The notes under the pieces: generated by a model
Told to the model about the DNA's origin: nothing
The model's input: only the letters and a program-made list of their open reading frames with translations
Database searches by the model: none
Shown: positions 55,438-64,000 of the stretch, one piece after another
How the letters are laid out: each line of letters starts with the position of its first letter
Numbering within the stretch: position 1 is the first letter of the stretch
Assembly: GCA_016199675.1 (NCBI GenBank)
Contig: JACQGE010000126.1
Span: 1,527 to 65,526, forward strand
Origin: Acidobacteriota bacterium
GTDB taxonomy: Bacteria > Acidobacteriota > Terriglobia > 2-12-FULL-54-10
Direction: 5' to 3'
DNA: 64,000 bases
Position numbers and translations under genes: made by a program

Positions 55438-58400
55438 CTGACTTTCGACAATAACTCCGGCAACGGGTGCAGCAGGCGCAACGCTGGCCGAGTGTTGTAT
55501 TGCTCTCGATATAGCTGGTGTGCGTCATCGTCCGGGAAATGTTCTGTTGCGGGATAGGGATAGGCGCTCATGCCATGAAAGGGTAAAGGTTCCACTGACT
55601 GCGCAAAGGCCGTGTTGGCGTCTTGGTCCTTGGCCCAGCCATCCACAAGCAGCAGGAAATCCCGCTGCCAACCTCGCGGAAGTGGGGGAAGACTCATAGC
55701 AGAGAATCGCAACTGCATCTCGTCGCCGGAACCCATGATGACCAAATGATCGTCTACGGAAGCTAGCAAAGGGTTGACCCCCCCGTACCGCGTGTAATTG
55801 CCGGGAGTGGGGTTCCACATGCTGAAGGGCATCCAATCCGCATAAAGAAAAGATTCCGGCTGTTTGCGCTGGGGATGAATAATGGGCTTGGAAAATCCTC
55901 GGAAACGCAAGTCCGCGACTGCAAGTTCCAGGTCGGTCAAAACCACGGGAGGGGGCGCGGTCTCTTCGCCCAGAAAGATTTCATCCCAATAGAGACAGAG
56001 GTCGGTGACAATACGAATTTCGCGCGAAGCAGAAAGAAACTTGTCCGTTAGGTCCACCACGATTGTCTTCGGCTTTCCGGCGGGGATGCCCATATCCTCG
56101 ATGACCGTTTGCCAGCGACCCTGCGCGTCCTTGACTTGCAAGTACGGCATAACAAGCCCTTCCTTGCGCTCCTGGGACACAGCCCGGTAGGTGCTACCGT
56201 CCGCCCAATCGAGCCATCCACTCAGAACGAGTACGGCCCGGTTCTGCGGCGCGGCGCTTCCAAAATCCAGGTCCAAGTGATGTAATTCTGCGACACCGGC
56301 GTAATCACGCTGGAACCCGTCCGGGTACCGGTGGTCGCGCTGCAAGAGTTGTGGCAAAACATTGCTTCCTCGATCATCGTTTGCAGCTATGGGGTAGATT
56401 CGGCGCCGAACCCCAAACAAGCGAAACTCAGGGAACGGGGGAGCTTTGAACTTTTCATTTGTAAATATCGCCACATCTGCTGGATGATCCACCGCGATCA
56501 AGCGAATGGCGTCAATGTAAGATACTTCACGAAGTTCTTCGGTAATCCGAATTTCATAGTGTCCATTTTCCAGAGCCAACACGCTGCCCGGAATCTGGAT
56601 GTATTCGTCATGGTCCACCGGGAAATATTGTCCATCACCTGAACTGGCTCCCAAGGGAGCCACTCCCAGAACATCGGTAATGAAATCGAATTTTTTGCCG
56701 TCCCAAGTGAAGATCATCGGGCAGGAGCCGGAAAGCCGCTGGGCTTCCTTATAGGTCAGAGATTTGCCGACGGTCTGTTTCATTTCATTTTGCACTAGAC
56801 CATTCGGCCAAGTAATTCGTACCGTATCGACTTCTACGTGAGCTTGCAATCCGAATGTAAGGGGTGTCCCATTATAGGTCTGCTTTTGATACAACGATCC
56901 GGCTTTGACTTCTACTCTGGCCCCCGGCGCCAATTTCAGGTTTTTGATCCCCTCCAGTCCTATCTCCACCCAGGAGTTTCGCGTGTTGGTTTGATTCTTT
57001 AACCGACGCACGGTTCCATCTGAATTGATTGCCATTAGGTCGGTCTGGCCGTCGCCATCAAAGTCCGATGCTACCATCGCGACTGCGGGCACACCGGAAG
57101 TAACAGCCTTGCCTTCCTGGAATCGGCCGAGTCCCTGATTGCGGAAGACTAACTCTCCGGCCATTACCTCTATTAATCCACGGTTTTCAAAATCCGCCAA
57201 TGCAGGAGGACCTTTGGCGGATGCAGGAAACGCAGCCCCTTCCAATTTACCCTTCCCATTATTGATCAGGAGCGATATGCCGGAAGATTTGCTGGCGACA
57301 AGATCTGTCCATCCATCATTGTTAAGGTCGCGAGCCAGCAGAGATTGTGTGGCCGGCGGGAGAGCTTCCAATGGTTCCGCCTCGTATTTTCCCAACAAAT
57401 GATCTCGATAAACCACACCACTGCCATCCTGGTATGCGACTACAAGATCCATGCCGTTTCCCAAAGCATCCAAATCGGTTACAACACCGCCCGAAGCACG
57501 CCTCTTCACAAAGGGAAACGTCGCAGTCTCATCGCTGAATCCACCATTACCGTTATTGCGCATCAGGATGGAGTTTTGGCCGAGCAGAAACAGATCCAGG
57601 TCGTAGTCGTGATCGAAATCAAGCCAGATAGGCTGGGCAAACGTTCCGCCCGGCAAGGAAACTGAGGACTTCTGGAAAACCCCATTCTGATTTGCGTAAA
57701 GCGAGGCTCCGGATTCCGTAAGCACTGCAAGGTCCGGCCAACCGTCGTTGTTGAAGTCACCAGGCGCAACCGACAGAACCTCCTTCAAATCGTTGAGCCC
57801 GGCATCCTGTACCAGGACCGAGCCGTTTTTGAAAATCCGGACTCCCGTAGCAGACCAGACAATCACATCTGGACGCCTGTCGCCATCGTAATCAAGCAGC
57901 GCCAGGCCGGCGTTCTTCACATCGAAGTTCGCCGCGATTTGTTGTTCGTCGAATTTGAGCTCGTTCACAGTTATCTCTCGGTCTGGAACAGGCGAAGGCT
58001 CGATAGGATCGTATATTTCAGCGTAGGCGCTCCAATCGAGGTCTTCCGGGATGACGGCTCCCGCTTGCAGTTTCTTAATCTCCTGGAAAATCTGTAACTC
58101 CCGATCCGCGTCGGCCGCACGGCCAGCCGCGCGATAGGCGTTATAAAGTTGGAAGTGTGGGCCAGCAAGATTCGGGTCCAACTTAGCAGCTGTCTCGAAA
58201 GCCTGGAGCGACTGGTCAACGTTCCCTTCCAGTTTGTACAGATAACCCAGGTTGTAATACGAAACCGCATCGTTGGTCACAAGCTTCACCATTTGCTCGA
58301 ACTGTTGGAGGGCGCGACCGTATTCCGATTCCTTCTTGAAGGCAATCCCCAAGTTGAACCACGTATGAGGAATGCTGGGGTCCTGTTGCTGCACCTTCAC

Positions 58401-58676
58401 TAACTCCGCAATCCCTTCCGCGGTTTTCCCATTGCGCAATAGAGCCAAACCGTAATTGAGCCGTTCGCGCGCCGAATTCGGCGCCAAGGCCAGCGCTTTC
58501 TGGAACTCATCCACAGCTTGGGCGTGGGTGGTCGGATTTTCGTAGAACGCTTTTCCCAGGTTGCGATGGATCCAGAGCTGCTCTTCGACTGGAATTTCCT
58601 GGGCTTTCGGGGCCGGGAATCGCACCAGGAAAATCGCTAGTCCCACCAGGATCAACAACAGGGCGGCGTGCCTCAC
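55434..58676 (-). CDS. Large secreted TPR / FG-GAP repeat / ASPIC(UnbV)-domain protein (CRTAC1-family with fused N-terminal TPR and an extra C-terminal domain)
   Basis: A signal peptide is followed by TPR repeats (aa 40-200), FG-GAP-like D-x-D-x-DG repeats, SGSCPMIFTWDGKKFDFITD, and a long additional C-terminal region. Confidence 0.75.
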   Translation of the reverse strand: MRHAALLLILVGLAIFLVRFPAPKAQEIPVEEQLWIHRNLGKAFYENPTTHAQAVDEFQKALALAPNSARERLNYGLALLRNGKTAEGIAELVKVQQQDPSIPHTWFNLGIAFKKESEYGRALQQFEQMVKLVTNDAVSYYNLGYLYKLEGNVDQSLQAFETAAKLDPNLAGPHFQLYNAYRAAGRAADADRELQIFQEIKKLQAGAVIPEDLDWSAYAEIYDPIEPSPVPDREITVNELKFDEQQIAANFDVKNAGLALLDYDGDRRPDVIVWSATGVRIFKNGSVLVQDAGLNDLKEVLSVAPGDFNNDGWPDLAVLTESGASLYANQNGVFQKSSVSLPGGTFAQPIWLDFDHDYDLDLFLLGQNSILMRNNGNGGFSDETATFPFVKRRASGGVVTDLDALGNGMDLVVAYQDGSGVVYRDHLLGKYEAEPLEALPPATQSLLARDLNNDGWTDLVASKSSGISLLINNGKGKLEGAAFPASAKGPPALADFENRGLIEVMAGELVFRNQGLGRFQEGKAVTSGVPAVAMVASDFDGDGQTDLMAINSDGTVRRLKNQTNTRNSWVEIGLEGIKNLKLAPGARVEVKAGSLYQKQTYNGTPLTFGLQAHVEVDTVRITWPNGLVQNEMKQTVGKSLTYKEAQRLSGSCPMIFTWDGKKFDFITDVLGVAPLGASSGDGQYFPVDHDEYIQIPGSVLALENGHYEIRITEELREVSYIDAIRLIAVDHPADVAIFTNEKFKAPPFPEFRLFGVRRRIYPIAANDDRGSNVLPQLLQRDHRYPDGFQRDYAGVAELHHLDLDFGSAAPQNRAVLVLSGWLDWADGSTYRAVSQERKEGLVMPYLQVKDAQGRWQTVIEDMGIPAGKPKTIVVDLTDKFLSASREIRIVTDLCLYWDEIFLGEETAPPPVVLTDLELAVADLRFRGFSKPIIHPQRKQPESFLYADWMPFSMWNPTPGNYTRYGGVNPLLASVDDHLVIMGSGDEMQLRFSAMSLPPLPRGWQRDFLLLVDGWAKDQDANTAFAQSVEPLPFHGMSAYPYPATEHFPDDDAHQLYREQYNTRPALRLLHPLPELLSKVR

Positions 58677-60466
58677 TTCCTGATGGTCCCTCCTTCACGG
58701 ATGTAGCTGATCTTGTTGATGGGAATCGCTAACTTATCCACGTGCCCGCTTGGCCAGCGGATTTCCACTGAATTGACTTTTGTTGCACGCCCCAACCCGA
58801 AATGAACTCGGGTCGAACCTTGGCCGGCATAGCCATTGCCACCGTCCACCATGCGCAACAGGGTCAACTCATCGGTCTGGAGGGCAATCCGGGCTCCGAT
58901 TGCATCGCGATTTGATTTCGTGCCCTCCAATTTCAACTCCACCCAGTTTCCGGCTCCGGCACTCCGATTCCAGTAAAGTTGGGACGGCTGATCCGCATTC
59001 GTCTGATAAAAATCGAGTCGGCCATCATTGTCAAAATCAGTAATGCCAATTCCCCGCCCGTCCGAATCATTATCCACGCCCGCCTCAGCGGATATTTCTT
59101 TGAAAACCTGGCCTCTCAGGTTGTGAAACAACTTCTTTTTTTGATAGCCGCTCCAGGACATGTTGCCGATGTTGGGCCAGTTGTTGACGTCGGAAAAATC
59201 AATGCCTGGAGTCACCATCATCTGGAACAGTACCGGAATGTAATTTTCTTTCCCCGCCGAGCGCAGGCCGTTGACTGCAATCAGGTCCACCCAGCCGTCA
59301 TTATCGAAATCCCCGAATTTGGCCGCCCATCCCCAGAGGGTATCGCAGGTGCCGGTTTCTTTAGAGAGGTCCGTAAATGTTCCACCGTCGTTGTGCCAGA
59401 GCATATTGCACTCTTTCATGTACTCATCAGTGATATTGGTAACGTAGATATCAAGGAGGCCGTCATTGTCGTAGTCTCCAAATTCGGCGTTCATCCCTTT
59501 TTTAGTGTCAAAGCCTCCCAGAGCCTTTTCGGTAACGTCGGTGAAGGTGCCGTCGCCATTATTGAGGTACATGCGGTCAGTGCCGTAGTCCCCGGCCAGG
59601 TAGATATCCTGAAAACCATTATTGTTGAGGTCGCCATGGCCGACGTCCAGAATCCAGCCCTTCTGGTTGTCCAAGCCCGCTTTGGCCGTCACATTGGCGA
59701 AAGTGCCGTTGCCGTTGTTGCGCCACAAGCCCACGCCGCCGCCGTTCACGGCGTTGTCGAGATCATTCGGCAGCACTTTTGGGTTTTTGAGGCTGATCAG
59801 ATTCTCGGGTTGGAAATAATTCCCGAATAGGAGATCGAGATATCCGTCATTATCGTAATCAAAAGCGATGACAGCGATCGTGTTGGCGAACTCGTTGAGC
59901 CCGGATCGAATCGTTACATCGCGGAATTTGTGGTTGCCCTCGTTATGGTACAGAATGGGCGTGCCGAAGCGCGCCACCAGCAGGTCGCGCCATCCGTCGT
60001 TGTCATAATCGAACCATAATGCATCGGAGACGATGGAGCGGGAATCGTTACCGCTTCCAACTTCTGCCGACACAGTGAGGTCCGTGAAAGTCCCGTCGCC
60101 GTTGCTGCGAAAGAGACGATTCGGCCTGTTGGTATCGGAATCTGTCACGAACAGATCGTCCCAGCCATCGTTATCAAAGTCGCCGACGGCAACCGAAGAA
60201 CCGCCGGAAGTGAACATGCCCAGCACGTCGGCGCTTTTTCCTTGAAATTTTCGTGTATGGTGAAGATGCTGCACCCCTGCTTTTTGGCTGACTTCCTCAA
60301 AACGGATCGCGGACTCTGACTCGTTCACAGCCGACAGCGCCATCGAAAAGGCAAGTAGTCCCACTGCCAGGATGCTGAGGCTGCTCGCGATGCGGAATCC
60401 CGTTTTCCGTCGCTTGGAAATCGCCGTTTCTTTACGGCTTCGATTGGATTGGCTGCTGGTTTTCAT
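58673..60466 (-). CDS. CRTAC1-family protein (FG-GAP plus ASPIC/UnbV)
   Basis: It contains FDNDGWDDLFV, FDYDNDGYLDL and the C-terminal GGNGYAGQGSTRVHFGLG. Confidence 0.85.
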   Translation of the reverse strand: MKTSSQSNRSRKETAISKRRKTGFRIASSLSILAVGLLAFSMALSAVNESESAIRFEEVSQKAGVQHLHHTRKFQGKSADVLGMFTSGGSSVAVGDFDNDGWDDLFVTDSDTNRPNRLFRSNGDGTFTDLTVSAEVGSGNDSRSIVSDALWFDYDNDGWRDLLVARFGTPILYHNEGNHKFRDVTIRSGLNEFANTIAVIAFDYDNDGYLDLLFGNYFQPENLISLKNPKVLPNDLDNAVNGGGVGLWRNNGNGTFANVTAKAGLDNQKGWILDVGHGDLNNNGFQDIYLAGDYGTDRMYLNNGDGTFTDVTEKALGGFDTKKGMNAEFGDYDNDGLLDIYVTNITDEYMKECNMLWHNDGGTFTDLSKETGTCDTLWGWAAKFGDFDNDGWVDLIAVNGLRSAGKENYIPVLFQMMVTPGIDFSDVNNWPNIGNMSWSGYQKKKLFHNLRGQVFKEISAEAGVDNDSDGRGIGITDFDNDGRLDFYQTNADQPSQLYWNRSAGAGNWVELKLEGTKSNRDAIGARIALQTDELTLLRMVDGGNGYAGQGSTRVHFGLGRATKVNSVEIRWPSGHVDKLAIPINKISYIREGGTIRK

Positions 60467-61209
60467 CTTCCTTGTGTTCCTTGATCAGCCCACAATTCCT
60501 GCAAGGAGGTATCAATGCGTTTCGTGATGTCATAGGCATCGTCCATCACGGCTTTCAGTTCATCCCCTTGCGTGGAGAGACGTGCTTTCAAGGCGGGATT
60601 ACCGGGAAACAACGACAGGCCTTCGTTCCAGATCGCCTTCGCTTTGTTCAATTCATCCATTTTCCAATAACCATCTCCCAGAGCAATATAGGTGCGCACG
60701 TAATACGCCTTTTTAGATTCTCCCCTTTGAAGTCTCATCGCTTCTTTCAGGTCGTCTATCCCTAGCGGTGTACGGCCAAAAATCTTCGGCCAATACAGAT
60801 AGCTGTTTCCCCGGCTGTAGTAGCCGATCCAACTTGGCCCCAATTCCAGGGACCGGCTGAACTGGGCAAGGGCGCTATTAGCCAAGAGCACCTGGGTGAT
60901 CGAGCCAGCTATAGGGATCTTGTCCACATAAGCGAAAGCGTAGTTCAAGTGAGCGCTGGCCGCATTGTCGTGCTCCTGGACGAGTTTTTCGAAGAATTTG
61001 AGCGCGCGATCATATTGGGATGTTCGGATAATAAGTTGCCGATACTCGCTGCCAAGGCGCAGATTATCTGGATCTTTTTCTAATGCAGCCTCAAGCGCAG
61101 TGGCGGCCGAGACATCTTCGGCGATTGCCCGTGGATGAAGCGCCATGGCGAAGACAATGGCGAACAGGAATGAGATCATCTTGGCAAGGATCGAATTTCG
61201 CCTTTTCAT
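60463..61209 (-). CDS. Secreted TPR-repeat protein
   Basis: The signal peptide is MKRRNSILAKMISFLFAIVFAMALHP, followed by TPR-like helices. The start was set at 61209 so that ATGA overlaps the upstream CRTAC1 stop. The longer track ORF would overlap that gene by 115 nt. Confidence 0.6.
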   Translation of the reverse strand: MKRRNSILAKMISFLFAIVFAMALHPRAIAEDVSAATALEAALEKDPDNLRLGSEYRQLIIRTSQYDRALKFFEKLVQEHDNAASAHLNYAFAYVDKIPIAGSITQVLLANSALAQFSRSLELGPSWIGYYSRGNSYLYWPKIFGRTPLGIDDLKEAMRLQRGESKKAYYVRTYIALGDGYWKMDELNKAKAIWNEGLSLFPGNPALKARLSTQGDELKAVMDDAYDITKRIDTSLQELWADQGTQGR

Positions 61210-62948
61210 GGTTTCCTCAACTTTACGGCGAGGATGCTGGTTGTTTGATCCCCCTCGCGCAGTTTGTAGATTTTGTCCGCTGCAAGATTCTCGAAAATCT
61301 GCCGCCCCCCGGATGGCCACCGCACTTCCACTCGATCCACGGTAGTGATCTTCCCCAGGCCAAAGTGGATTCGCGGCGTGCTTTGCGCGGCAAACCCGTT
61401 ACCACCATTGACAAAGCTCAAACGTGTCTCTCCATTGGCGATGATCCGGACCTGGGCCCCCACGGCCATACGATTAGACACCGTCCCTTCCAGCAGAAAC
61501 TCCGCCCAGTGCGCACCGGTCGGCAGGCTGTTGTGATAGAGGAATGGAGCAGCGTTGGCATTGGTCACAAACAAGTCCAGCCTGCCGTCATTGTCAAAAT
61601 CGGCAACGGCAATTCCACGACCGTCCCGCTGTGAATCCAACGCATGGCGGCCCGCCTCTTCCTTGAAGGAATGCCTGCCTTCGTTGTGAAACAGTTTCTT
61701 TTTCTGATACCCGCTGAGACTCTTGTCCTCCATCGGCGGCCAATTCCGCAGATCCGCCAAGTCCACGTTGGGTCGCATAATCATCTCGAAAATATCGGGA
61801 ACGTAGTTCTCTTTCCCCGCAGAGACCCATCCGTTGACCACGTATAGGTCCAGCCAGCCATCATTGTCATAGTCAAAAAACTTCCCGCCCCATCCCCAGC
61901 CCGTATCGTAGGTGCCTGTTTCCCGCGCGACATCAGTAAAAGTGAGATTGCCGTTGTTATGCCAGAGAAAATTGCCCTCCCTCATGTAGTCGTCGGTAAT
62001 GTTGGTGACAAAAACATCGAAGAAGCCATCATTGTCATAGTCGCCCCACTCGGCATTCATCCCTTTCTTGGTGTCGAAGCCTCCCAAGGCCTTCTCAGTG
62101 ATGTCGCTGAAGGTACCGTCGCCGTTATTGACAAAGAAACGATCTGTTCCGAAATCGCAGGCCACATAGAGATCATCCCAGCCGTCGTTGTTGGCGTCAG
62201 TATGGCCCAGGTCGAGTACCCAGCCGCTTTGCTCCAGGCCGATTTCTTTTGTAACGTTGGTGAAAGTTCCGTCCCCATTGTTACGGAAGGCCATCACTCC
62301 TCCACCGTTGTTTGCTGTCTCAAAACTCTCCGGAAAAAAGCGGGGGGTTTCCGGATGGAAGATATTGACGGGCTGAAAGTAAGCGCCCAAAAACAGATCC
62401 AGATCCTTATCGCGGTCATAATCAAAAGCGATGGCGGAAATGGCATTCATATAATGAAGAAGTCCGGCTTTCTCGGCAACCTCTTGGAACTTCCCATTGC
62501 CCAGATTCTCAAACAATTGGCTGTAACCGAACCGGATGATCAGAAGATCAGGCCGCCCATTGTTGTTGAAATCAAACCATAAACAATCGGCTGAGGCGTT
62601 TTCAGCGTCATTTCCATCCGCCACGCCCGCCGATTGCGCCACATCCGTAAAGGTCAAGTCGCCGTTATTGCGATACAAACGATTTTTGCCGTCTTCTTTC
62701 GAATCCGTGACGAAAATGTCCTCGAAGCCGTCGCCATCGAAGTCCGCCACGCAGGCAGCTGCTCCCAAAGCCGTGTAGCCGGACATGATGTGCGAGTAAG
62801 GATTTTTGAAAGTGCGGTTGGTGTGCTTGTGTGCAACACCAGCTGATTGGGTAATGTCCTCGAACCAGCGGCCGGCGGCGGGGTCATTCGGGGCCCAGGC
62901 CAAACCTAAGCCAGCCGCCAGCAACACCGCGATGAAATGCAGCCTCAT
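61206..62948 (-). CDS. CRTAC1-family protein, close paralog of 58673..60466
   Basis: It shares long near-identical blocks with 58673..60466 (KKGMNAEWGDYDNDGFFDVFVTNITDDYM against KKGMNAEFGDYDNDGLLDIYVTNITDEYM). The ASPIC C-terminal region is GGNGFAAQSTPRIHFGLG. Confidence 0.85.
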   Translation of the reverse strand: MRLHFIAVLLAAGLGLAWAPNDPAAGRWFEDITQSAGVAHKHTNRTFKNPYSHIMSGYTALGAAACVADFDGDGFEDIFVTDSKEDGKNRLYRNNGDLTFTDVAQSAGVADGNDAENASADCLWFDFNNNGRPDLLIIRFGYSQLFENLGNGKFQEVAEKAGLLHYMNAISAIAFDYDRDKDLDLFLGAYFQPVNIFHPETPRFFPESFETANNGGGVMAFRNNGDGTFTNVTKEIGLEQSGWVLDLGHTDANNDGWDDLYVACDFGTDRFFVNNGDGTFSDITEKALGGFDTKKGMNAEWGDYDNDGFFDVFVTNITDDYMREGNFLWHNNGNLTFTDVARETGTYDTGWGWGGKFFDYDNDGWLDLYVVNGWVSAGKENYVPDIFEMIMRPNVDLADLRNWPPMEDKSLSGYQKKKLFHNEGRHSFKEEAGRHALDSQRDGRGIAVADFDNDGRLDLFVTNANAAPFLYHNSLPTGAHWAEFLLEGTVSNRMAVGAQVRIIANGETRLSFVNGGNGFAAQSTPRIHFGLGKITTVDRVEVRWPSGGRQIFENLAADKIYKLREGDQTTSILAVKLRKP

Positions 62949-64000
62949 TGCGCACTCCGCGAGTAAACCTTCGAGTAAACTTTTTCCGCCAATGTGTCAC
63001 TGCCCTCGGTGATCTCAACGATACGGTTTGCCGCAATATTCTGGAATCGCTGTGTAATGCCGGAGCGCGGCCATTTCACTATGATCTCGTCTACCATGCC
63101 TTCCTCATTGAGGCCAAAATGTTGACGCAACGTGTTCTGGGAACCGTAGCCATCGCCGAGCACGACTTCTCGCATCTGTAACTGACCCTTGACGTGAATC
63201 GTTATACGTGCTCCCACTGCATCGCGGTTGGATTTTGTTCCGATCAACTCAACAGCCAGCCAGTTCCGCTTCTGGCCAATCTCGTTTTTCAACAACGCAT
63301 GGCGGTCTCCGGAGGCGGAAATGGCGATGTCCAAAACGCCACGATTCCAAAAATCGGCGACGGCTACGCCACGGCTATTGAGCAATAGATCGGTGCCAGT
63401 GGCGCGGCCAATTTCGACAAATGTTCCATCTCCGTTGTTCCGTAGATAGCGGTTTCTCTCGTGGCCATGCCAGGAATTCCTTCCGAAATGCTTGGGGTCA
63501 AAAAAGATCCCGGTCTTGTACTCATTCTGGCGGCTGACCACGTTGTTGAGAAATTCCATCTCGATTTCCGTGCCTGGATCGTTGTAAACCCACCCATCCG
63601 CCATGTAGATGTCCTGCCAGCCATCATTGTCGAAGTCGGCAAAGGAGGCCCCCCAAAACCAGCCAACCGGGTTGGCGCCTGCCGCCCACGTGACGTCTTC
63701 AAACGTTCCATCCCCTTTGTTCCGGAGCAGAGTGTTCCCGGAGGCCATCTGCTGAAATATCCCCACAAACCCGAACCCTGACTGCCGGAACATTTCAAAA
63801 TACAGTGGCATGTCCGTCTTCCAAACACCCTGCCGGAAAGAGTTCAGGATGTAACGACGGACCGTGGGCGCCTCAGCAAACCAAGCTTCTTCTGAGCGGA
63901 TGTTGGTCACATAGATATCCAACTTGCCGTCGTTATTGTAGTCGGCTATCGACGCGTTCATCCCCGCACCATAGGCCAGCGTGTTGGTGCGTATAGTGAC
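62945..64000 (-). CDS. FG-GAP/ASPIC(UnbV)-domain protein, 5' end beyond the window. N-terminal part missing.
   Basis: The reading frame remains open to the window edge (…VTIRTNTLAYGAGMNASIADYNNDG…). The C-terminus GDGYGSQNTLRQHFGLN is ASPIC-like. There is an ATGA overlap with the next gene. Confidence 0.7.
   Translation of the reverse strand, partial: VTIRTNTLAYGAGMNASIADYNNDGKLDIYVTNIRSEEAWFAEAPTVRRYILNSFRQGVWKTDMPLYFEMFRQSGFGFVGIFQQMASGNTLLRNKGDGTFEDVTWAAGANPVGWFWGASFADFDNDGWQDIYMADGWVYNDPGTEIEMEFLNNVVSRQNEYKTGIFFDPKHFGRNSWHGHERNRYLRNNGDGTFVEIGRATGTDLLLNSRGVAVADFWNRGVLDIAISASGDRHALLKNEIGQKRNWLAVELIGTKSNRDAVGARITIHVKGQLQMREVVLGDGYGSQNTLRQHFGLNEEGMVDEIIVKWPRSGITQRFQNIAANRIVEITEGSDTLAEKVYSKVYSRSAQ

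Noticed and set aside
1-64000. CRISPR arrays, tRNA genes and rRNA genes
   Set aside because: I found no short regularly spaced direct repeats, no cloverleaf-like segments in intergenic regions, and no rRNA-like conserved stretches.

Overview
This is a GC-rich bacterial chromosomal segment whose gene content resembles Acidobacteria (Solibacter-like). The evidence is many CRTAC1-family (FG-GAP plus ASPIC/UnbV domain) paralogs, multiheme cytochromes with TPR repeats, and GMC and FAD oxidases.

Housekeeping genes are recognisable directly from the translations: a partial glmU, a yvcK-like gene, lpxC, argJ, fabG-like and fabF-like genes and an ACP.

All domain and family assignments below are motif-level inferences from the translated ORFs. 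None could be confirmed without tools.

Five regions look accessory or unusual:

1. A 3.7 kb DNA-modification/defense island sits between lpxC and argJ. It holds a convergent Vsr gene and a tightly coupled operon: C5-cytosine methyltransferase, then a ParB/Srx-domain protein, then a PD-(D/E)xK nuclease-like protein.
2. A thioredoxin-fold redoxin gene has its CxxC motif interrupted by an in-frame TGA. A hairpin lies 15-30 nt downstream. This is most likely a selenocysteine-containing protein (UxxC) with a SECIS element.
3. A nine-gene plus-strand operon (23235-31618) is built almost entirely of tandem paralog pairs. These are two ABC1/UbiB kinases, two small helical proteins, two SRPBCC lipid-binding proteins and two ArsA/Get3-type ATPases. 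A cNMP-binding protein leads the operon.
4. A minus-strand lipid or polyketide-type cluster (42198-50766) combines an ACP, a KS, a KS-like protein, an HMG-CoA-reductase-family protein, a FabG, a CrtI-like oxidoreductase, a TetR regulator and a Rossmann/PlsC acyltransferase fusion. The KS-like protein keeps its Cys but has lost both catalytic His residues. There are no mevalonate-pathway genes nearby.
5. A seven-gene operon (50843-64000) joined by ATGA overlaps alternates TPR proteins and CRTAC1-family proteins with a membrane pentaheme cytochrome c. It shows both domain fusion and fission, and one tandem duplication.

The window also contains an IS1595-family transposase N-terminal fragment, a disrupted outer-membrane-protein pseudogene, and several tandem paralog pairs. 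No rRNA, tRNA or CRISPR array was found.
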